Positions 46,804 through 55,448 of a DNA stretch of 64,000 nt are shown here, piece by piece. Source of the DNA: Bacillota bacterium (GTDB lineage: Bacteria; Bacillota; Negativicutes; JBAXTZ01); assembly GCA_037129925.1 (NCBI GenBank), contig JBAXTZ010000015.1, positions 1-64,000 on the forward strand. The letters run 5' to 3'. Under the pieces are notes generated by a model. It worked only from the letters and a program-made list of their open reading frames with translations. It was not told the DNA's origin and ran no database searches. Position 1 is the stretch's first letter. Each line of letters starts with the position of its first letter. The position numbers and the translations under genes were made by a program.

Positions 46804-47003
46804 TCATGCACCATCACAGATAACAACATGAAAAAGTATTGCATCTATCCACCTATTATCCTACATAAATTTGCAAATGTTTTGATTGTTTCCTAGTTTT
46901 CAATTACTGTACTAAACTACTGCCGCTTATCGTCGCATTACTAACCGTAGCATCGCTGAGTAATTTGAAATCGCGTATTATTTGCACAAACTTCTTTTTG
47001 TTC

Positions 47004-47039
47004 ATTTAAATAATGTTTCATGTGAAACATTATTTAAAT
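47004..47039. promoter_or_regulatory. Perfect AT-rich palindrome (17-bp arms, 2-nt spacer)
   Basis: atttaaataatgtttca tg tgaaacattatttaaat. It is not followed by a T-tract on either strand. It lies between the manA stop and the promoter region of the TPR-GT9 gene. Confidence 0.5.
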
Positions 47040-47048
47040 ATCTTGTCA

Positions 47049-47969
47049 TTAGTTTGCCCGCAAAATTTTCATGTTGCCGTGCAACTGAACTGCACCGACT
47101 GCCGCCGGGATTAGTATTGTTTCGCCTTTAGTCAGGTTTTCAGTTTCACCGACATTCCAGGAAATAGTACCGCAACCATCCAGAACTATATAGATCAGGT
47201 AACCGCCGTTGGTGTTGTCGCTATGCTCACCATCTACTACAATTTCTCCCATCGAAAAAAACGGTGTCAGAATGGATCGCTTAGAAAAATCAACCGCTGG
47301 TTGCTCGCCGAAATCAATAACTCGTAGCGCTGCATCAACGTGTAGTTCGCGGCCTTTGCCGTCCGTGCCAACGCGGTTATAATCATAGATGCGGTAAGTA
47401 GTGTCCGAATTCTGTTGAACTTCGGCGACAACCACGCCGCTGGTCAGCGCATGTACGATGCCCGCCGGAACTGAGATAATATCACCAGTTTTCACTGGCA
47501 CCTGACGTAACGCCTGTTCAACCGAGCCAGTAGCCACCAACGCAGCAAACTGCTCTTTGGTCGTGCCGTCGATTAGACCAAAAATCAACTTCGCGCCCGG
47601 CTCCGCTGCCAAAATATACCAAGCCTCGGTTTTACCATTCTCGCCTTTGGCGCGGTCGGCATTATCATCGTTAGGATGAACCTGTACCGACAAATTATCG
47701 TTCGCATCAATCAATTTTACCAGTAGCGGAAACTGCTTGGGCTGGGCACCGCTGCCAAATATTTCTTGCGGGTACTCGGCCAGTAATTGCTCCAGCGTCT
47801 TACCGGCCAATGCGCCGTTGCTGACAACACTCATGCCGCTGCGGTGACAGCTCAAGTCCCAGCTTTCGCCGGTATCGGCGCCGGGAATTTCCCGATTATA
47901 TAACGACTGAAATTTGCTTCCACCCCAGAGCATTTGTTTGTAGATCGGTTGAAATTTTAATGGATACAT
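47049..47969 (-). CDS. manA: Mannose-6-phosphate isomerase, class I (cupin)
   Basis: PIYKQMLWGG, the QVHPND zinc site and GKTEAWYIL are present. Confidence 0.7.
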   Translation of the reverse strand: MYPLKFQPIYKQMLWGGSKFQSLYNREIPGADTGESWDLSCHRSGMSVVSNGALAGKTLEQLLAEYPQEIFGSGAQPKQFPLLVKLIDANDNLSVQVHPNDDNADRAKGENGKTEAWYILAAEPGAKLIFGLIDGTTKEQFAALVATGSVEQALRQVPVKTGDIISVPAGIVHALTSGVVVAEVQQNSDTTYRIYDYNRVGTDGKGRELHVDAALRVIDFGEQPAVDFSKRSILTPFFSMGEIVVDGEHSDNTNGGYLIYIVLDGCGTISWNVGETENLTKGETILIPAAVGAVQLHGNMKILRAN

Positions 47970-48046
47970 CTTGCCTCCAAAATCGATATTTGTGAATAGT
48001 TAAATTGTGGGTAGTGAAAGTTTGCAGTAGTAAACTAAAGCGAATC

Positions 48047-48448
48047 CTACAGCTTCGTCGCGACATACATTCCCAAAAGCGTCAGCCCAAACCCGACGAC
48101 CATATTAAAGCCGATATTCAGCCCGCCCAGCCAAAATTCGCCGCTTTGAATTAATCGCAACGACTCGTAGCTAAATGACGAAAACGTTGTCAGTCCGCCG
48201 CAAAACCCAGTCACTACTAACAGTCGCCAATAGGGACTGATTTCCAAACGCTCTAGCACCAGCGTCATGAACAAACCGATAATAAAACAGCCGACGAAGT
48301 TCGCTACCATCGTACCATAGGGAAACATTGCCCCCCAGCGCCCGACAGCCAGCAGTCCGATCAAGTAGCGACTGACAGCTCCGAGCGCGCCGCCGATTGC
48401 TACTACTGCCAGCTCAGACATGTTTATCCAGGAAACTGTGCGCGCCAT
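48047..48448 (-). CDS. crcB: Fluoride ion channel CrcB/Fluc
   Basis: 133 aa, four TM helices, and a GGLTTFSSF motif. Confidence 0.8.
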   Translation of the reverse strand: MARTVSWINMSELAVVAIGGALGAVSRYLIGLLAVGRWGAMFPYGTMVANFVGCFIIGLFMTLVLERLEISPYWRLLVVTGFCGGLTTFSSFSYESLRLIQSGEFWLGGLNIGFNMVVGFGLTLLGMYVATKL

Positions 48449-48770
48449 AGCGAATGACTTGCACTTGGTCGATAGTCACCAGCCCCTGGGTGACCGCCTC
48501 GTTCACAAATGGAACGATCTTGGCAATATGCTCGGGATTATCAATGATTTCAATCACTATCGGTAAATCGGCTATCACATCGGCAAGGATATTTGTCTGC
48601 ATCCGTTCTTCATGCGCAAATCCCGCGACACCGCGAAATACTGAGCATCCCGCCAAGTCGAGCTCTTTCGCCTTTTGCATAATATACTTATACACTATTT
48701 TGCCTTGATATTTGTCGCGTTCGCCGACGTATATCCGCAACCGCTCGCAGTGCATCGCAATTTTCGACAT
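48414..48770 (-). CDS. DUF190 (PII-like) protein commonly paired with crcB
   Basis: 118 aa. Its 3' end overlaps the crcB start. Confidence 0.55.
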   Translation of the reverse strand: MSKIAMHCERLRIYVGERDKYQGKIVYKYIMQKAKELDLAGCSVFRGVAGFAHEERMQTNILADVIADLPIVIEIIDNPEHIAKIVPFVNEAVTQGLVTIDQVQVIRYGAHSFLDKHV

Positions 48771-48798
48771 CCACTCCCCCTGTCTTAAAGAACTTTAG

Positions 48799-49434
48799 CT
48801 ACGCTTCAATTTGCTTAACCATTCTCACAAAAACGATTCCATTTTCGACAGACCGCTCCCCCATTCGGACAAAACCCAAATGTTCATAGGCCGCAATGGC
48901 ATATAACGAGGAATTGACCGAAATTTCACTACAACCTTTTTTGCGGGCGCGTTTGACCACAAAATCCAGCAACTGGCGGGCGACACCCTGTTTTTGCATA
49001 TGCAACGTTACATATAACAGCGAAATGTGATTTACATTTCTGGCATTTATCAAACCGACGATTTTGCCTTTGTTGATAGCAACATAAGTATAGTTGTCAC
49101 ACAACCGCGCATGAAACTGCTCCGGTGTAGTGTATTTCATAAACTCTTCGCGTCCGAGCGGTTTAAGTGACGGAGCAATGAACATTCGGAACACTCCGCG
49201 AACGAATATTGATGCTTCTTCAGTTTCAGTTTTCTTCAAAACCCGATAGCGAATGTAATCAGCCGCCTCGACTTCAACAGCAGGCTCCGTTTCAATTTGA
49301 TTATCTTCAATTTCAAGTGCCTCCATCTCAGCTTCATCAACCGCTATTTCTAGTAGCTCGACCGCTGCCGCTTTTTCCCTGCGGGGCGGCTTGAAATATA
49401 CTGTTTTCATTATCGGTTCACGTGGATCTCTCAT
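48799..49434 (-). CDS. GNAT family N-acetyltransferase with an acidic N-terminal extension
   Basis: A GNAT core is present (LLYVTLHMQKQGVARQLL). Confidence 0.6.
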   Translation of the reverse strand: MRDPREPIMKTVYFKPPRREKAAAVELLEIAVDEAEMEALEIEDNQIETEPAVEVEAADYIRYRVLKKTETEEASIFVRGVFRMFIAPSLKPLGREEFMKYTTPEQFHARLCDNYTYVAINKGKIVGLINARNVNHISLLYVTLHMQKQGVARQLLDFVVKRARKKGCSEISVNSSLYAIAAYEHLGFVRMGERSVENGIVFVRMVKQIEA

Positions 49435-49439
49435 TCACT

Positions 49440-50282
49440 TTACCCCAATTCAAACGTTGTTACGCCAAAAATTTTTTCAATAGCCAACGCCGGTTCGCCA
49501 TTATTATACATTCGCGCAGTCGCAAATACCGGTTGCAACTGGTGCTGCTCCGCCAATTTTACCGCTGCCGCGTTGGTTTCCGGTACATCGAGAAATATCT
49601 GTTCCCCGGACCTGTCTTTGGTCAGCGCCAAAAACAACTGTTCGGCAATATCCGCATTATCGGCGAATAGCGGTCCGATTTTATAGCCACTGCGGCACCG
49701 GCGAATAACGCCATAACCGCAAATGCCGTCATCTATATACACAACAGTCTGTGTTCCCGGTTGGCAAAACCACTTATCGAGAAAACTCTCCCGCCCTGCC
49801 GGAAAACACTGGCGATCGTAAGCACAAATATCAGCAAAGTTTTCTTGCCCGATTACCCGAACTGCCGGGTTTTGAAAGCTGGTAGAATTACCCGCCAGCC
49901 CGCCATAACGAAAATTGCTATAAGCCAATTTGAAACCGGCGGTAGCATAGTTTTTCACCTTCGCCAGCACTCCGTCTTGACCGATATTATAGCCGTGCAA
50001 ATATTTTAACGCCACTTCGGCTAACGCCGGACCAACCGTTCCGCCGCGCTTATCACTTACGACAATAAAAAAACCAACGAAACCAAATTTTTCCGGGCCA
50101 TAGCGCACCGCCGAAATCGCCCCGATTGGCCGCTCGTCTTCCCACGCCATGAAAAATCCGTTCGGGTCGGTCGCAAAAAATACTTCCGCGTCAGATAGTC
50201 CGGGATTCCAGCCCTCAGTTGCCGCCCAATCAATGGCAACATCCATGTCGGCTCTGGTCATGTTTTTAATAGTAAAGCTCAT
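49440..50282 (-). CDS. GNAT family acetyltransferase (two-domain, YitH-like)
   Basis: 280 aa with GNAT motifs in the N-terminal half. Confidence 0.5.
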   Translation of the reverse strand: MSFTIKNMTRADMDVAIDWAATEGWNPGLSDAEVFFATDPNGFFMAWEDERPIGAISAVRYGPEKFGFVGFFIVVSDKRGGTVGPALAEVALKYLHGYNIGQDGVLAKVKNYATAGFKLAYSNFRYGGLAGNSTSFQNPAVRVIGQENFADICAYDRQCFPAGRESFLDKWFCQPGTQTVVYIDDGICGYGVIRRCRSGYKIGPLFADNADIAEQLFLALTKDRSGEQIFLDVPETNAAAVKLAEQHQLQPVFATARMYNNGEPALAIEKIFGVTTFELG

Positions 50283-50390
50283 GTTAACCTCGAATTTTCC
50301 TTTTCATTATAGCATTATCCACCCCGAACGACTTCTTTTTTTTACAGTAATGCTATATAATGATGGAGAAATAATTTGAAGTGAGGAAAA

Positions 50391-50813
50391 ATGAAAAAAA
50401 TAATTGCACTTATCCTGTTTTGTTTATTCGCTTTTTCAACAACAGCAGTATTCGCCGAAAGCCCGACCATAGGCTATATGAATCGCGAAACCATTATTTC
50501 CCAAAGCAAACGAATCAGTGCAGGCGCTCAAGAACTAATTAACTTTAGTAATCAAATGGTAGCTGATTTTGAACGTGAGAAAGTCGGTTTATCCAATAGT
50601 GACTTGCAAGTAAAAGCTCAAGCCTATCAAGCTCAAATCGATATGCATGTTCAAGCCGCTGAAGAGCAACTAAACATCAACCTGCGCATGGCTTCGAGAA
50701 CAGTTGCCAAGAAACTTGGTTTAAGCGTAGTTACCGTAGCGAGCGTCATGGTATATGGTGGACGCGATATTACTCAGGATATAATCGACACGATTGATGC
50801 CGTACAGGATTAA
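50391..50813 (+). CDS. skp: OmpH/Skp-like periplasmic chaperone
   Basis: 140 aa with a signal peptide and a coiled-coil-rich OmpH-like sequence. Confidence 0.6.
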   Translation: MKKIIALILFCLFAFSTTAVFAESPTIGYMNRETIISQSKRISAGAQELINFSNQMVADFEREKVGLSNSDLQVKAQAYQAQIDMHVQAAEEQLNINLRMASRTVAKKLGLSVVTVASVMVYGGRDITQDIIDTIDAVQD

Positions 50814-50826
50814 TGCCAAAATAAAT

Positions 50827-50862
50827 CCCGCTTTGAAAAAATCAAAGCGGGTATTTTTTTTT
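50827..50862 (+). terminator. Rho-independent terminator
   Basis: cccgctttga aaaaa tcaaagcggg, followed by T10. Confidence 0.8.
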
Positions 50863-50881
50863 GTTGCACAAGTACGGGTAT

Positions 50882-51901
50882 TTATTTCGGGGTATATAGC
50901 ACCTCGTTTACCAAAGGTCGGCCATCGATATAACAGCGGATATTCTCCATCGTAGTATCGGCGATGTTCGTTAACGCTTCCTGGGTGAAGAAGGCTTGAT
51001 GCGCGGTTACGATAACATTTGGAAAGGTCATCAGCCGCGACAACACGTCGTCGGTGATAACGTCATCCGAGCAGTCTTCAAAAAAATAATCGCTCTCTTC
51101 TTCATAAACATCCAATCCGGCAGCGCCGATTGCGCCGCTTTTCAAACCTTCGACAAAATCTTTCGTATTGACTAATTGGCCGCGACTGGTATTGATGAGC
51201 ATAACGCCCGGTTTCATCTTGCTGATGCTTTCAGCGCTGACCAGATATTCCGTTTCTTTAGTCAGTGGGCAGTGCAGACTGATAATGTCCGAATCGCGAT
51301 ATAGCTCCGGCAACGTAACATACTCAAAGCCAATAGCTTTGGCGGCTTGCTCATCCGGATAAACATCATAGCCCAGCACTTTCACGCCTAAGCCGACCAA
51401 ACTCTTAATCAACACTTTGGCAATCTTGCCGGTGCCGATAATCCCGCAGGTTTTGCCATTCATATCAAACCCCAGCAACCCACCCAACGCAAAGTTCCCT
51501 TCCCGGGTACGGTTGTAGGCGCGATGGATGTGGCGGTTGAGCGCCAACATCAAACAAAGCGCGTGTTCGGCAACCGCATACGGCGAGTATGCCGGCACTC
51601 GCACGATTTTTAGTTTATTTTGCGCCGCCCGTAAGCTAACATTGTTAAAACCGGCGCAGCGCAGCGCCAAAATCCGCACGCCATTCGCATAAAGCGCATC
51701 GACTATCTCACGGTCCACCCGGTCGTTTACAAACACGCACACCGCGTCACTGCCTTTAGCTAACGATACGTTGTCCAGACTCAAACGACCTTCGAAAAAC
51801 TTAAAGGAAAACCCATAGCTGGCATTTTCTGGCGCATCCAACTGCTTCTTGAAAAACTCAATATCATACTGTTTACTGCTGAAAAATGTTACCTTAAACA
51901 T
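50882..51901 (-). CDS. ldhA: D-lactate dehydrogenase / D-isomer-specific 2-hydroxyacid dehydrogenase
   Basis: 339 aa. It has an NAD site (GIIGTGKIAKVLIKSL) and the catalytic Arg/Glu/His triad (INTSRG...AHQA). Confidence 0.7.
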   Translation of the reverse strand: MFKVTFFSSKQYDIEFFKKQLDAPENASYGFSFKFFEGRLSLDNVSLAKGSDAVCVFVNDRVDREIVDALYANGVRILALRCAGFNNVSLRAAQNKLKIVRVPAYSPYAVAEHALCLMLALNRHIHRAYNRTREGNFALGGLLGFDMNGKTCGIIGTGKIAKVLIKSLVGLGVKVLGYDVYPDEQAAKAIGFEYVTLPELYRDSDIISLHCPLTKETEYLVSAESISKMKPGVMLINTSRGQLVNTKDFVEGLKSGAIGAAGLDVYEEESDYFFEDCSDDVITDDVLSRLMTFPNVIVTAHQAFFTQEALTNIADTTMENIRCYIDGRPLVNEVLYTPK

Positions 51902-51917
51902 ATCGGCCCCCCCAAAA

Positions 51918-52718
51918 TTATTTCACGTAGCTTTTGTAGATTTTAGTGTATGTACCGTCACTTTTAATTTTCAATAACGCCTCGTCAATTTTATCAATCA
52001 ACTCCTGATCTGCTTTGGCACTTTTCTTGGAAAAAGCGATGAAAAATTTAACAGCTGGACTTGCCGACGGGGTCAGTTTTTTTAACGTATTGACCGGTTT
52101 ATCCATTGCCTGAATTTCAAATTCGTAAGCCATGTCATATTCCAATAGCATATCGGCTTGTTTATCAACCACTTTTTGGATGTTTTCGCGCAGCGAGTTG
52201 CTTTGTTCTACATGAATAATACCATCATCGATGGCGCTGTCGCAAGCCCCGTTGCCAAAACAATAGCCCTTAATCGTAGCCACTTTGTTATTTCCCAGTT
52301 TCGTAAAATCGCCGCTGAAACTGATTTTCGAATCTGGAAGTACAAAGAAACTGGCATTATCTTCGGCCAAAGCGGTTTTAGTATAAGTCATAAACGTAGC
52401 GCGCTCATCGGTATATACCGGACTTAACAAACCGTCGATTTCACCAGCCTGCGCCATCCGCATCAAGTCAGCCCATGGGTAGAGTTTGAAGTTAACTTCC
52501 ACACCGACACGCTTACAAGCTTCGGTTACTGTTTCCACAAATACGCCTTTCGCCACGCCGTCTGTTGTATAGGTAAACGGCTTGGAATCTTCAATTCCTA
52601 CAAGCAGCGTTACCGGTTTTGACGTAACATCCGGCACCGTGCCGCAGCCCGCCAGTATTGCAACGCAACAACAAACAGCCATCAATCCCAGCCATAACGA
52701 ATATGGTTTTTTAGTCAC
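51918..52718 (-). CDS. Amino-acid ABC transporter substrate-binding lipoprotein (family 3)
   Basis: A GTG start is proposed at rc 52716-52718, preceded by a GGAGGA RBS. The lipobox LAGCG is present. The ORF track extends to 52820. Confidence 0.55.
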   Translation of the reverse strand: MTKKPYSLWLGLMAVCCCVAILAGCGTVPDVTSKPVTLLVGIEDSKPFTYTTDGVAKGVFVETVTEACKRVGVEVNFKLYPWADLMRMAQAGEIDGLLSPVYTDERATFMTYTKTALAEDNASFFVLPDSKISFSGDFTKLGNNKVATIKGYCFGNGACDSAIDDGIIHVEQSNSLRENIQKVVDKQADMLLEYDMAYEFEIQAMDKPVNTLKKLTPSASPAVKFFIAFSKKSAKADQELIDKIDEALLKIKSDGTYTKIYKSYVK

Positions 52719-52752
52719 GATAATCTTCCTCCATTTCCGCAATCTATTTGAT

Positions 52753-55437
52753 TCATGATTGGATTTTTTCGATACGCACTGCGCAGACCTTGTATTCGGG
52801 AATTTTGGCGATTGGATCAATTGTTGAATTGGTCAGCACATTCGCGCTACCTTGGGCAAAATGAAATGGCATAAACACAATGTCTTGTTCAATAATATCC
52901 GTAACTCGTACAGTTGTTTCAATCTGCCCGCGCCGGGACAGTACCCGCACCAATTCACCGTCAATCAAGCCCATTTTGCCGGCTGTCGCCGGATTGATTT
53001 CAATATAGGAAGCTGGCGACAACTCGTTCAATCCGGCAACTCTGCCAGTCATCGAGCGGGTATGGTAGTGGTAGAGATTTCTTCCGGTTGTCAATAGAAG
53101 CGGATATTCAGCGTCCGGCAATTCTTTACTTGGAACATATTCAGCCGGAACAAATACGCCTTTACCACGCGAAAAACTACCGACATGCAAAACCTTTGTC
53201 CCCTTGTGCTGTTTGTCCGGGCAGGGCCACTGTAAACCCTTTTGCTCCAACCGGTGATAGTTTATGCCGCCGTAAATTGGCGTGAGCGCGGCAATTTCAT
53301 CCATGATTTCCGAGGCATCGGCGTATTCCGTCGGATAGCCGAGCGCGTTCATCAATTCAATAAGAATCCGATAATCAGTTTTCGCGGTGCCGGGCGGCAA
53401 CACTGCCGGGCGTATTTTCTGCACCCGCCGTTCAGTGTTGGTAAATGTTCCGTCTTTTTCCGCCCAAACCGCTGCCGGCAATACCACATCGGCTAACTTT
53501 GCGGTCTCGGTCAGGAAGATGTCTTGTACTACCAGAAGCTCCAAAGCTCCCAGTGCCTTCGCCACATGGTTAGTGTCCGGATCGGATACCATCGGATTTT
53601 CACCCATGATATATAACAATTTAATCTCACCCTGTACCGCAGCCGTCAACATTTCCGTTAAGGTCAATCCGGGGACGCCAGATAAGTTCACACTCCAGGC
53701 TTGTGCGAATTTTGCCAGAACTTCCGGATTCGCCACTTTTTGATAACCCGGAAAATCACCCGGTAACGCGCCCATATCGCATGACCCTTGCACGTTATTC
53801 TGTCCCCGTAATGGATTAACACCAGAATATTCTTTGCCGATCTGCCCGCAGAGCAGCGCCAGATTAGAAGTCGACATTACCCCCTGGGTACCGGTAGAAT
53901 GTTGAGTTATGCCCATAGCATAATAGATTGCAGCATTGTTAGCAGTGGCATACATAATCGCCGCTTCACGCAACTTGGCTTCATCGATCCCGCAAATTTC
54001 CGCGACAAGTTCCGGCGGGTAGTTCTTGACAATCGCCTCAAGTTCAGAAAAATTTTCGGTTCGCTCGGCGATAAATTGCCGGTTGTGCAAGTTTTCTGCG
54101 ATGATAATATTCATCAGACCATTAAATAGCGCAACATTTGTTCCCGGCCTGATTTGCAAAAACACATCGGCATTTTCCGCCAGTTCGATTTTTCGCGGTT
54201 CAGCGACGATTAATTTTGCGCCGCGTTTCTTGGCTTGTTTTATCTTGGCGCCAATTACCGGATGAGTTTCGGTCGTATTCGAGCCGCAGACAAAAATCAC
54301 ATCCGCGCCGGTAACTTCCTCGATGCTGTTAGTCATTGCGCCGCTGCCCAGAGTAGTTGCCAGACCGGCTACGGTCGACGCGTGGCACAACCGGGCGCAA
54401 TGATCGACGTTGTTTGTACCAATGACCGCGCGAAATAATTTCTGGAACAAATAGTTTTCTTCATTAGTAACCCGCGCCGAAGACAATCCGGCACAGGCAT
54501 CCGCGCCATTCGCCTGCTTAATACTACGGATTTTTTTTACCACCAGTTCCAGCGCTTCTTCCCAGCTACTTTCTTCGAGAACGCCATTTTTCCGAATCAG
54601 CGGCTGTGTCAGCCGATCCGGATGGTTGATAAATTCATAGCCAAACTTGCCTTTGACACACAACATTCCATTGTTCGCCGGGCCATTCGCCGGAACAACA
54701 TCGACCACCGTATTGCCTTTTACCCGCAGATACAGTTCACAACCGACACCGCAGTATGGGCAAATTGTCCGGGTTGATTTCACTTCCCATTCGCGAAACT
54801 TGGTTTTTTTCTTGGGACTGAGCGCCCCGACCGGGCAATTGGAGACACAGTTACCACAGGATACGCAAGTAGATTGTTCAATATTTTTATCATTATCGGC
54901 GCCGACAAAGGTGTCGAAGCCGCGGTTCACCAAACCAATGGCATTAGAGCATTGCAACGACGAGCAGACAGCGACACAGCGCTGGCAGAGTATGCATTTG
55001 TTGTTGTCGCGAAAATAAAACGGATTACTGCTGTCTATAGCATACTCAATATTTTTGCCGGAATAAACAACGGTATCTACCTCGTACTCATAACAGTAAT
55101 CCTGCAATTTGCAATTACCGGCTTTTTCACAGGTCAAACAGTCGATTTTATGAGTGGACATAATCAGTTGCAACACATTTTTGCGGGCGTTCCGCACCGC
55201 CACAGTGTCGGTATGCACAACCATATTAGCGCTCACCGGATAAACGCAAGCCGTTTGGAAGCCGCGCACCCCCTCAACTTCTACGATACACATCCGGCAG
55301 GCGCCGATTTCGTTAATATCTTTTAAGTAACACAAAGTCGGAATACCGATACCGGCGCTACCGGCGGCACGCAGTACTGTATAGTCCGCTGGTACCGAAA
55401 GCATCCTTCCGTCTATTTCTATTGATACTTTATTCAT
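52753..55437 (-). CDS. fdhA: Formate dehydrogenase catalytic (alpha) subunit, Cys-type, molybdopterin/tungstopterin
   Basis: An N-terminal 2Fe-2S region plus 4Fe-4S clusters, and the NVDHCARLCHASTVAG motif with Cys where FdhF carries Sec. The likely start is MNKVSIEIDG (55437) after a GGAGG RBS. Confidence 0.85.
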   Translation of the reverse strand: MNKVSIEIDGRMLSVPADYTVLRAAGSAGIGIPTLCYLKDINEIGACRMCIVEVEGVRGFQTACVYPVSANMVVHTDTVAVRNARKNVLQLIMSTHKIDCLTCEKAGNCKLQDYCYEYEVDTVVYSGKNIEYAIDSSNPFYFRDNNKCILCQRCVAVCSSLQCSNAIGLVNRGFDTFVGADNDKNIEQSTCVSCGNCVSNCPVGALSPKKKTKFREWEVKSTRTICPYCGVGCELYLRVKGNTVVDVVPANGPANNGMLCVKGKFGYEFINHPDRLTQPLIRKNGVLEESSWEEALELVVKKIRSIKQANGADACAGLSSARVTNEENYLFQKLFRAVIGTNNVDHCARLCHASTVAGLATTLGSGAMTNSIEEVTGADVIFVCGSNTTETHPVIGAKIKQAKKRGAKLIVAEPRKIELAENADVFLQIRPGTNVALFNGLMNIIIAENLHNRQFIAERTENFSELEAIVKNYPPELVAEICGIDEAKLREAAIMYATANNAAIYYAMGITQHSTGTQGVMSTSNLALLCGQIGKEYSGVNPLRGQNNVQGSCDMGALPGDFPGYQKVANPEVLAKFAQAWSVNLSGVPGLTLTEMLTAAVQGEIKLLYIMGENPMVSDPDTNHVAKALGALELLVVQDIFLTETAKLADVVLPAAVWAEKDGTFTNTERRVQKIRPAVLPPGTAKTDYRILIELMNALGYPTEYADASEIMDEIAALTPIYGGINYHRLEQKGLQWPCPDKQHKGTKVLHVGSFSRGKGVFVPAEYVPSKELPDAEYPLLLTTGRNLYHYHTRSMTGRVAGLNELSPASYIEINPATAGKMGLIDGELVRVLSRRGQIETTVRVTDIIEQDIVFMPFHFAQGSANVLTNSTIDPIAKIPEYKVCAVRIEKIQS

Positions 55438-55448
55438 CTTCGCCTCCG

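Noticed and set aside
48771-48798. Fluoride riboswitch upstream of the crcB/DUF190 pair
   Set aside because: Only 28 nt separate the DUF190 start from the upstream GNAT gene stop. No crcB-motif-like sequence is present, and the pair is probably co-transcribed with the GNAT genes.
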